Position numbers and translations under genes: made by a program | The notes under the pieces: generated by a model | What the model was told of the DNA's origin: nothing | What the model saw: only the letters and a program-made list of their open reading frames with translations | Database searches by the model: none | Shown: one piece after another, positions 22,280 to 32,105 of the stretch | Layout of the letters: every line of letters starts with the position of its first letter | Numbering within the stretch: position 1 is the stretch's first letter | NCBI RefSeq assembly: GCF_001194135.2 | Contig: NC_068985.1 | Location: forward strand, 83,775,121 to 83,809,870 | Direction: 5' to 3' | Source: Octopus bimaculoides | Lineage: Eukaryota | Length of the DNA: 34,750 nt

Positions 22280-22650
22280 GGTAGCATGGGTTTATGGGCA
22301 TGAATTTGGCATAATCTCATTTATCTGGATTCTGCAATGTGTTGTCTGTGAGGCTAAACATTCTGTTATCTAACTTCACCACTCCTTCCCCTGTCTTGCT
22401 TAGTTCACTTGCCACACCTTACTTTTCCTCAAGAGTTTCCATACCTTTTGCATTCAGCAGTTATTATCTTTTTGCCTTTACATGTTCATGTCGACACAGC
22501 CACATCTCTTGTAAATATCAGTTCATATCTTTCATGTTACTCACTATTTCAGTTTCTTTGCACTTCTACAAACAGTGCCCATGCAGCATCACATTTCAGG
22601 CATAAGCTTCATGTAATGTACCCTTTTCATGAAACAGAAACCTTAGGTTG
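22280..22650 (-). mobile_element. Decayed RTE LINE ORF C-terminal fragment
   Basis: Minus strand reads YLQEMWLCRHEHV...SKTGEGVVKLDNRMFSLTDNTLQNPDK*DYA, like RTE QERRLRWxGHV...KTWxEVVKxD. Confidence 0.55.
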
Positions 22651-22847
22651 TTAATATTTCTATCTATTATTATCTATTTATATCATATTCAATTATGAAC
22701 ATAAGAAGACATTTATACATATATAGTTGAATTAAATCAAGCATGTTGTCACACATGGAAATAAACTTTTGTTTTGTGTATTATTGTAGTTCATTATTTA
22801 CGTTATTTACATATTGATGGATATTTATCATCATCTTGTCTGTTGTT

Positions 22848-22890
22848 AACACATTTCGGCCGATATACCCTCCAGCCTTCATCAGGTGTC
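22848..22890 (-). ncRNA. Hammerhead motif, core and stem II intact, stem III deleted
   Basis: GACAC-CTGATGA-A-GGCTG-gagggtatat-CGGCC-GAAA-T-GTGTT. Confidence 0.5.
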
Positions 22891-22984
22891 TTGGGGAAAT
22901 TTCGAACCTGGGTACTCATTCCTAAGGTATTTTTCCATGTTATTGTTGTTATTATTATTATTATTATTATTCAGGTCACCGCCT

Positions 22985-23052
22985 GGAATCAAACTTTGTA
23001 TTTTGGGGTTAGTAGCCCACACTCTTAACCACTATGCTGTATGACCATGGGC
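22985..23052 (-). promoter_or_regulatory. tRNA-like segment with Pol III A/B-box spacing inside the PLE 3' region
   Basis: A-box-like CAGCATAGTGG (23039-23029), anticodon-arm-like GGG-CTACTAA-CCC, B-box-like AGTTTGATTCC (22995-22985). The other arm shows GTTCAATTCC at 23246-23255. Confidence 0.5.
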
Positions 23053-23265
23053 AATTATGGAGTGAATTTTAGGGCTTATAAATCTAATATTTTCCTATCC
23101 TTCCTTAATACCAGTTCCCATATGCTATTCATATCTGCACTTAGTCTGCTTAGGAGGTTGTTGTGTCCTAGCATATGTGCTGCTTCTTTTAATTTTCATA
23201 TTTTCCAGTGGTGTTCTCTGTCTATTATTTTAGCTTCATCCCACAGTTCAATTCCAGGCAGTGAT

Positions 23266-23303
<38 letters not shown>

Positions 23304-23352
23304 CATTGAAAAATACCTTAGAAATGAGAACCCAGGTTCAAAATTTCCCTAA

Positions 23353-23394
23353 GGCATCTGATGAAGGCTGGAGGATATATCAGCCAAAACATTA
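23353..23394 (+). ncRNA. Degenerate hammerhead motif (inverted arm)
   Basis: GGCAT-CTGATGA-A-GGCTG-gaggatatat-CAGCC-AAAA-CATT; GAAA is mutated to AAAA. Confidence 0.35.
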
Positions 23395-24014
23395 ACAACA
23401 AACAAGATGATGACAAATATCCATCAAATATAAATAATGTAAATAATGTACATATCTCCCCATCTCTTAAATATAGAACTGTATTATTGTAGTTGTATTA
23501 CATTCTGATCTTCAGTCTTCAAAACAATCCTCTTGTTTTGCTGAGGTTTTCGATTACCACTCTTGACATTGCTGTCATAATTTTCAAAATACAGCAATAG
23601 ATATAGAATGTCAGAAATCATTGTTGAAAGAAAATTATCAATGGATAGTCTATGCTTATATGTATGATTGAGGTTCACTTAGAGCAGGGATAGGAAGCAT
23701 TTTATAGTACCAAAGGCAAATTGAAAGTTCATAAGAACTTGTACTGAGAAAAATCAATAACCTTTAATTTTACAAATTCATAGGTATATAACATATTAAT
23801 TTACTGTTATTCTTTTTTTCCATATGAGTTTTTAGAATCCTTCTCCAGTTTCAATTTCAATTGTGAGCAAGAGAGTCCTCATTCCTGACCTTAGAAGGCT
23901 AAAAGTATCAGATAATTGTGATTTAAGATTAGAAATGGGAAGAATAAATACTTATCTTCAAACTGTAAAATATTCGTCTCCCAGTTTATTCATGCTTTTA
24001 TTATGAATTATTTT

Positions 24015-24340
24015 ATAGGTTCAAACATGGTTGTATGGTTGGGATGTTTAGCATTGTCTCATCTTTCTGGATTCTGCAATGTATTGTCTGTGAGGTTAAA
24101 CATTCTCTTATCTAACTTCTCCATTTCTTCTCCTGTCTTGCTTAATTTATTTCCTAACCATGTTCTTTCATATTCATTTCCACTTCGGGGTACCTTGGGT
24201 TAAAGTCTTTTACAATAATCCTGAATCAACTAAAGCCTTGAGGGTAGATTTGGTAGATACTGAAAGAAGCCTATCATGTGTATTTGTGTGTGTGTGTGTG
24301 TGTGTGTGTATACGCATGTATGTGAGTGTGTTTTCATGTC
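24015..24340 (+). mobile_element. Old SINE family A interrupted by a minus-strand RTE C-terminal fragment (about 24055-24150)
   Basis: Head-like CATGGTTGTATGGTT, then a segment similar to 22318-22405, then TACCTTGGG..AAAGCCTTGAGGGTAGATTTGGTAGA core and (TG)n. Confidence 0.6.
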
Positions 24341-24469
24341 ACCTTATCTTGAAATCATGTTGGTTATAAACAAATGTTACTATCACACAAGCAGTGTCAT
24401 TTGTTTGCAGTCTTTCATGAAACTGTCATTGCACTGTTCATGTTTGATGTTCTGGTGGGCATTGGGTAC

Positions 24470-24620
24470 AGCAGTAAACATTACCTTACTTGGAAATAGC
24501 TGAGGGTTAGTAATAGATGGGGCATCCATGGTAGAAAATCTGGCTGAACACGTTTTTTCTCACCTGATTCATGTAGACATGCAATAGCAGTTGTTAAAAC
24601 AATTATGATGACAATGACAA
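24470..24620 (+). mobile_element. Degraded retroposon 3' tail (RTE-tail-like)
   Basis: GGGGCATCCATGGTAGAAAATC..TTGTTAAAACAATTATGATGAC; reverse-similar to 26385-26530. Confidence 0.4.
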
Positions 24621-24639
24621 GTTAGGTTACTGGAATAGG

Positions 24640-24800
24640 CAAAGAGGTAGATTATCCTACTAAATACCTAACAGCATTTAGTTTCTCCATTTTTGATTTT
24701 TTTTAGTTCAAATTCTGCTTAGCAGACTTTGCTTTCCATTGTTCCACATTTTGATGAAAATAATTATCTTCCATGAACTGTGGTTGATGTTTATCAACTA
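24640..24800 (+). mobile_element. SINE family B, very degraded
   Basis: AGTTCAAATTCTGCTTAGCAGACTTTGCTTTCCAT. Confidence 0.45.
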
Positions 24801-25052
24801 TACTCCATCTTTATAAATATATGACCTGTATTGATGAGAAAAATAATTTATCATAAACAATATCACTTTGACAAAGATAATGTTTTTAAGTTTGCTTGCA
24901 CCACATTCTGAGTTTTAATGTTTATTTATTGCTTCTAGACCTATCTTTGTTTACATTTAGCCTTCCTAGGATAAGATCCAAGTGCATTTCTACTGAAATA
25001 TTAGGATGACATGCATTAGTGGTGAAAACTATATCAATTATATCAACATGCT

Positions 25053-25097
<45 letters not shown>

Positions 25098-26244
25098 TCT
25101 TATGAATATTTACATAAATGCATTCATGCTGCCAGTCAAAATCCAGAGTGGCAGTTAACAAAATTCTTTCCCTAGCAGACAAGAAAATTCTCTAGGAACT
25201 TCTTGTTATTCTTGAATAATGCAACAAATTAAAACTTTTATTGAGATCTCTCATCTTACAGACCCATAGGCTTTGATTAAATGCAGAAATAGTATGCATT
25301 ATTATGTATTCATAGAAAATAATGAAATACCACCAGATTTAAATATCTGCCCTAATTAAATGAATAAATTAATTAATTGATTGCTTTATCAATTAATTAA
25401 TCAGCCAGCATTTTGAACTACATTAAAAAAAAAAGAATTTTAATAGTTTTCCATTCTCACCTTAATTAGGGTCATTGTGACATGTAGTCAGGTTCTATTC
25501 TCTGAATTCATTTCCCCTCCTTGAGAAAATTTGATTTCAACATTGTAAACTGCCCTTCTAATTATCAATTTTCAGTCAATTTGTCTTACTAACATCAAAT
25601 TATCCTGTCCCTTGGTAACTGCTTTGCTCTCAGATTAAGCATATTAGCAGTAGAAGGTGTTTATTGATTCCCTGCAATCCTTTGTTCCCAAACACTGTAT
25701 TTCCATCTCATCCATTCTCCCCACTTTCATATTTGATAGTACTTAATATGTTTATCATTTAAGATTCAATCTCTGCATTGTAAATTTCATAACTACTCAG
25801 CAACTTTCTGTTAGTATTTCACAGTGTTGTTATTACACTTATTCTGTGGTCAGTACCTAGCAGCACTTTTCTTTATTTTTGAGGAAGTGGCTTGATAATC
25901 TCACTGTAAACTATAAAATTATTCGTCATATTCTTGTCTGTTTGATAGGGCTTAACTAAATTACCCTTTCCCTTTTCTTACTTGATCTGCAAACTGATAA
26001 TTGGACCAAAGTGAGAGCTTGTACACAATTGCTCAACTTATTAGGAATAGCAGCAAAAATCATGTCATTTTTGATGTGTGAGCATCCAGTGGTTTAATCA
26101 ACTGAACAACTTGTTTATTGAACTAGCATGCAAAGTGGCTGTGTTCCACAAAAGGATCTGCCCTAAATATAATTCTCAGGTAAAATGAGCATGATACAAG
26201 TGTGATAGGGCTGAACTTCTGAATTACAAATGCAGTCCATCTAA

Positions 26245-26380
26245 TGGGATTCTGTATAATTTCTTCCTTACACAAATTCACTCACAAGACTTTCGTCAAG
26301 CTGGGGATTATGGTAAATGCCCTTGCTCTATATACAACACCCTGGGAACAAACTCAAGATCTCATGGTTGTATCCACAAA
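26245..26380 (-). mobile_element. SINE family A, 5' half, very degraded
   Basis: ACAAATTCACTCACAAGACTTT..CTTGCTC..ATCTCATGGTTG. Confidence 0.5.
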
Positions 26381-26384
26381 TTGT

Positions 26385-26610
26385 ATAATCATTATTCACA
26401 TTGTTTTATTGTCCACTTTTTCATGCTTGCATTGGTCAGACAGAGTTTATTGAGGCAGATTTCATATGGCTGGATGCCTTTCCTCTCACCTGGTCTCATT
26501 TGCTTCCAAGCAGAGTAATGTTTCCTCAATTCCAAACATGTTTTCACAAAATAATGGAAAAAAAAATGACACTGCTTCTTTGAAAGAGACACTCGTCTCA
26601 AGACAAGGAG
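26385..26610 (-). mobile_element. Degraded retroposon 3' tail
   Basis: ATGGCTGGATGCCTTTCCT is the reverse of the AGGAAGGGCATCCAGC motif. Confidence 0.5.
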
Positions 26611-26649
26611 ACACAATCATACACACACATGCATACATACGTACATACA

Positions 26650-26684
<35 letters not shown>

Positions 26685-26825
26685 TCACACAGTTGAATAC
26701 ATAAGTGCAAAACAAGGTGGAAAAAATAGTACCAAAGGTATTTATCACAACTGACTGACAAAAGGGGATGTGAAACTCTGAGTAACAGTTCTGTGATAAT
26801 GTTGTAGCTTTAATAAAAGTGCATG

Positions 26826-26859
<34 letters not shown>

Positions 26860-26861
<2 letters not shown>

Positions 26862-27206
26862 AGGTGTGTTCAAAAAGTATCCAACTTTAATTTTTCCTGC
26901 CAAAACTAATGCTACACAGGCAAAATTCTTTGAATGGGAGGTGACGCCACCCTTCCTGTGCATGCATCAAAATTTTCACCCCAGTAGACTGTATCATCAC
27001 TGCAGACAAGATATGGCTTCATGGTCTCTGCTCAATGCATTCAGTCATGTTGTGTGAAAACAAAAATCTGATGAATGCACACCACATGTCCATACTCTAG
27101 GCATAACAGCCAGGAACTGATGTAGCATACCATTGCAAAAATTTTCATACTTGCACAGGAAGAGTGGGGAAAAAAGTAAAGCCAAATACTTTTTTAACAC
27201 ACCTCA
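26860..27206. mobile_element. Tc1/mariner-type MITE with TA TSD
   Basis: TA|CAAGGTGTGTTCAAAAAGTAT ... ATACTTTTTTAACACACCTCA|TA. Subterminal IRs CCACCCTTCCTGTGCATGCATCAAAATTTT and AAAATTTTCATACTTGCACAGGAAGAGTGG. No transposase. Confidence 0.8.
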
Positions 27207-27769
27207 TATATCTATGTATCACACACACATACACACATGTGGCTAGGAAGCAGACTTCTCAACCATAGTGCCATGCCTGCACCTAACCATTCCTATATAT
27301 ATATATATATATATATATACATACAAAAAGACAAGCTGACTGGCAACTAGCATAATTAATGCAGCAGTTCATTCACTCCCTTGGCCAAAGATGTNNNNNN
27401 NNNNTAATGCAGCAGTTCATTCACTCCCTTGGCCAAAGATGTAATGCTGTATTAATGACAGGATAGGAACCTATAAATTCTTTAACCAAAAGAACATTAC
27501 TTTATTGACTACATCATTATGACTGCCCACTTGAACTCACTACCTGGGTTTTTGGTTAATTTCCTCAGAACTCTATATTTCATTAAAACCATCCGTAACT
27601 CCTGGGTGACACTCTGAGAATTCCCCAAAGATTTAGGGAACAGATTACTTTTAAAGATTTGTCCTTAAATAAGGACATTAGTAGATGATGTAATGTAGGA
27701 CGAACTGAATCGATCACATGGTTTGGTGAACAGAGTCAAAATGACAGGGTTGGAAATATTTAGGGAAGC

Positions 27770-28342
27770 AAGTAAACAATCAGGAAGCAAAATATATAAT
27801 AGATGCCGAAGGATGAAGGGGGAATTAATTTAGAAAAGGAGAGCAGGAGGTAGTTAGATAAGTGGTTAAATAGTGTTGAAAGTAAATGTGGACTAGTGGT
27901 GAGGGATGGGAGATAAACTGTCTGTAAAATGAGTACATATTAAGGGTGGGAGAAATGGCTTTGATGGTAAGGATAAAAGTAATGACAGAGTTTGGATAAG
28001 AGGATAAGGGTAGGTATTGTATATAAGAGGTGGGTTAGATAAAATGGAGTGGAGTAAATAGTTTAAGAAAAAGAGGTACAGGAAGGAATAAGACGAGTAA
28101 GGAAAGACTTAATGAATATTCTAGAAGAAAATGAATGAAAAGCAAAGTGGTGTAGTGATGAATTTTCTAAGAAGGTAAGGGAGATTACAGGGAATTTAGG
28201 TATTTCCTTGGAGGAAAGAAAGAAAGAAAGAATCTTCCGGAAGAGAAAGCAGTTGGTATGCTGGGAGAATGTCAATTGGATTAGGTTAGTCACATAGTGT
28301 GTGATTATGATGGCATGAGTGTGTTGTGTACATGTGGGAACA

Positions 28343-28378
<36 letters not shown>

Positions 28379-28790
28379 TGTATATCAGTCAAAGAGAAAG
28401 ATAGACACTCATGTACACACAAAATGAAAGACAGAGAAATGAAGGTGTGTGTTGCCAAGCTGAAGGACTGACTTGCAAAATTAAGTGGAAATATATCTTG
28501 CCTGCAGGATGGTCGGAATGTGTCTAAAAGGATCACTAGAAAGTCAAGGGAAATAAGAGGTAAATGAGATAGTATCAGGGTTGGCTGGGTGGAAATGGAA
28601 GAGTGATTGACAAGTTAGTCATAGTAAGTCTCAGAAATGAAAGAGAATTGGTTTAGTTAGTAGTTATATAGCTGAAATATTTGACTGTAGTAGTATAAGG
28701 AAGGGTGTGGTGGGGGTAGAAAAATGTGTTGAGAAGTAGGGTTGGGTAAAAGCTTAGTAACTTGGTTGCTTAATTACATTCTTGTCTGGA
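27770..28790 (-). mobile_element. Possible ancient Penelope-like RT remnant (strong purine skew on +)
   Basis: Minus-strand words FLFRKI and ISLTFLEN, in the right order, weakly recall PLE LFLRYIDD and SLxFLD motifs; interrupted by (TATG)n. Confidence 0.25.
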
Positions 28791-29893
28791 GAAGAGGATC
28801 CTTCAATAACATTTCATACCCCACTGTCTGCTTTTAACATAATTCAAATTTATTGTTCTCATAAAATGTTAATTTTCATAATTAGTACAGGGATATATTA
28901 GTACTGGAAATATTTCCTTAGTTCACTTTGAATGTAACTAATTTTTCATCCTTGAAAACGTTGTGCTAACATGTATTTCCGGAAATATTAATTTTAGTGA
29001 TATTTTCTATATCTAAACATGTTAATACAACAGAAACAATTGTCGGTTTTATATGGTGAATTTTGCAATTAAAGATGTACTTTTCTTTATGCATATTTTT
29101 GTTGTCTGAATTTCTCAAAATTCTTCTAAATGATACTTGGATCTACTTGTCATACATGAGGAATTACCTTAGATGTGTATTCTACTTCCATTTTTTGGTG
29201 TCTGACTGTTGGATATAGTTAACCAAATTCATTAAAAACTAAGTGATTTATTGATATCTGCATGGATTTTTGAATCCCTTTTTTTCTTATGCATATATAT
29301 GCATATATATATATATATATANNNNNNNNNNNNNNNNNNNNNNNNNNNNNNNNNNNNNNNNNNNNNNNNNNNNNNNNNNNNNNNNNNNNNNNNNNNNNNN
29401 NNNNNNNNNNNNNNNNNNNNNNNNNNNNNNNNNNNNNNNNNNNNNNNNNNNNNNNNNNNNNNNNNNNNNNNNNNNNNNNNNNNNNNNNNNNNNNNNNNNN
29501 NNNNNNNNNNNNNNNNNNNNNNNNNNNNNNNNNNNNNNNNNNNNNNNNNNNNNNNNNNNNNNNNNNNNNNNNNNNNNNNNNNNNNNNNNNNNNNNNNNNN
29601 NNNNNNNNNNNNNNNNNNNNNNNNNNNNNNNNNNNNNNNNNNNNNNNNNNNNNNNNNNNNNNNNNNNNNNNNNNNNNNNNNNNNNNNNNNNNNNNNNNNN
29701 NNNNNNNNNNNNNNNNNNNNNNNNNNNNNNNNNNNNNNNNNNNNNNNNNNNNNNNNNNNNNNNNNNNNNNNNNNNNNNNNNNNNNNNNNNNNNNNNNNNN
29801 NNNNNNNNNNNNNNNNNNNNNNNNNNNNNNNNNNNNNNNNNNNNNNNNNNNNNNNNNNNNNNNNNNNNNNNNNNNNTAAAACGTGAAACATAT

Positions 29894-30284
29894 AGGTGTG
29901 GCTGTGTAGTAAGAAGTTTGCTTACCAACCACCAGGTTCAGTCTCACTGTGTGGGCCCATGGGCAAGTGTCTTCTACTATAGCCCTAGGCAGACCAAAGC
30001 CTTGTGAGTGGATTTGGTAGACAGAAACTGAAAGAGCCAATCGTATAGGTGTGTGCCTATGTGTGTGTCGTGTGTTTGTGTTTGTCCCTGTTCCCACTGC
30101 TTGACGACTGTTGGCAGTGTGTTTACGTCCTCGTAACTTAGCATTTCAGCAAAAGATACAGATAGAATAAGTACCAGGCCTTAAAAAATAAGTACTGCAA
30201 TCAATACATTTGACTAAAAATTCTTCAAGGCAGTGCCCCAGCATGGCCACTGTCTAATGACTGAAACAAGTCAAAGACAAAAGA
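29894..30284 (+). mobile_element. SINE family A, full length
   Basis: Head GTGGCTGTGTAGT, B-box GGTTCAGTCTC, core, tail GGCAGTGCCCCAGCATGGCCAC..CTGAAACAAG. Confidence 0.9.
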
Positions 30285-30305
30285 TGTACATATATTAAGT
30301 ATATC

Positions 30306-30465
30306 TGCTGAGTGGTTGGTGTTAGGAGGGGCATCCAACTGTAAAAATCCTGCCAAAACAATTACAGAAGTCTAGTTGCAGGCTTCTGCCTGGCCTGCTC
30401 CTGTCTAACTGTCCCATCTATGCCAGCATGGAAGGTGGACGTTAAACGATGATGGTGATGATGAT
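30306..30465 (+). mobile_element. RTE-type tail, short
   Basis: GAGTGGTTGGTGTTAGGAGGGGCATCCA..GGACGTTAAACGATGATG. Confidence 0.75.
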
Positions 30466-30470
30466 AACAT

Positions 30471-30635
30471 AGGTGCAGCATGGCTGTGTGGTAAGAAGCT
30501 TGCTTCCCAAACCACATGGTTCCAGGTTCAGTCCCACTATGTGGCAACTTGGGCAAGTGTCTTGTACTATAGCCTCAGGCCGACCAAAGCCTTGTGAGTG
30601 GATTTGGTAGATGGAAACTGAAAAGAAGCTCACCA

Positions 30636-30672
<37 letters not shown>

Positions 30673-30887
30673 TTATATGTGTGTGTTTGTGTTTGTGTTT
30701 GTTCCTGCCATCATTGCTTAACAAGTAATATTGGTGTGTTTACATCACTGTAACCTAGCAGTTCAGCAAAAGAGACTGATAGAATAAGTACTGGGCTTAC
30801 AAAGAAAATGTCCTGGGGTCGATTTGTTTGACTAAAAGGCAGTGGTCCAACATGGCTGCAGTCAAATGACTGAAACAAATAAAAGAA
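30471..30887 (+). mobile_element. SINE family A, full length, internal (TG)n
   Basis: A-box TGGCTGTGTGG, B-box GGTTCAGTCCC, core and tail. Confidence 0.9.
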
Positions 30888-31309
30888 CATACATATCAAA
30901 GGAGATTACATATATGTGTATTTGTGTGTCTATATATGTATGCATGTCCATATGTGTATTTGTGTGTCTATATACAATCAATTAAATATTTTATCTTTAC
31001 TAAATATGGATGCAGGCTTAGTTGCCCACGTTTGGTTTAGAAATTGCTTGCTATCTTGTTTTTGGTTTTGATCCCATTGTGCAGCACCTTGGGCATATTA
31101 CTCCTACCTGAACCCCCAGCTGACCAATAAGTTGCATGTAGAATTTGGTAGCCAGAAGTTGAATCTTTTAGCTTATATGTAGTCATGCATGCATGTTACT
31201 GTATTACATTGTGAAATGATGTAAGCATCAGTTAGAAAACTGAAAAACAAGCTCTTTTCCAGTGAAGTTACATGTGATCTTATTCTTTCCCAAGTTACAA
31301 ACACTCACA

Positions 31310-32105
31310 GAGATATTTTTAATTTAAGCTATTAAACAATTTTAGTGATTCAATATCATTAAACATGCTATTAAATACATAGAATCTAAAAATAAAACTG
31401 ATAATACATTACAGAAATAAACAAAAATAAATCAATAACAAATAATAGGTCTGTTGTGTGTTCTGTGGTATCCAACCACTTTACACTATATTCTTCACAT
31501 GGGGTATGCCAACACTGTCGGATATGATGAAAGGCATGCTGTATGATGATGGTGGTGGTGGTGGCTTTTTCACATTATGCAACAAGAATTATTTCCCCTC
31601 ACCATCAGAGGAAGTGGACAAGTGATTGATCTGTTGGAAACTTATAACCAATCAAAATATTATTTTACTGATTGTTATAAAAAAAAATATATCAAATTTT
31701 CCTAAGTTTTTAAGGAATTCTTATTTGTGTGAGGGTAAATTAAGAAGAAACATATTTGCTTAGCTTTTAGTAAGTGGTTTTTCATCCTCAGAATAGTAGA
31801 ATGTGCTTTCACTGAGATCTCGGCTTTATCAAATTGTAAACAATTGCTTACATTAGTCTGACTGATTTTATGTGTTTATGTGGCATGATTGAGATGTATG
31901 CTGAGAATGAAATCAAATTTTGAACAGATTCCCCCTCCCCCATTTTATCAGAATATTTTGAGGTAGGGTCTGGGGGAGAGATTTTTAATTTAAGCCATTA
32001 TATTAATTAAACAATTTTAGTATTTCAACGTTATTAAACATACTATTAAATGTACAAAATCTAAAAATATAACTGGTAGTATATTACGAAATAAAACAAA
32101 ATAAA
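31310..32105 (+). repeat. Two diverged direct copies of an about 125-bp AT-rich unit (31310-31432, 31976-32105)
   Basis: Shared TTTTTAATTTAAGC..ATTAAACAATTTTAGT..TTAAACAT.CTATTAAAT..AATCTAAAAATA.AACTG. Confidence 0.7.

Larger units (their letters stand above)
22792..23479 (-). mobile_element. Penelope-like element 3' fragment with an inverted terminal repeat and a 15-bp TSD
   Basis: Arms 22792-22996 and 23245-23450 are reverse complements. The spacer on the minus strand reads LWDEAKIIDREHHWKI*KLKEAAHMLGHNNLLSRLSADMNSIWELVLRKDRKILDL* (GIY-YIG C-terminal pattern, stop at 23076-23078). TGTATTATTGTAGTT is repeated at 22777-22791 and 23480-23494. Confidence 0.85.

Noticed and set aside
29168-29205. 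38-nt minus-strand segment with CAG/GTAATT boundaries (RHQKMEVEYTSK)
   Set aside because: Such boundaries are common by chance in AT-rich DNA; no supporting partner exon.
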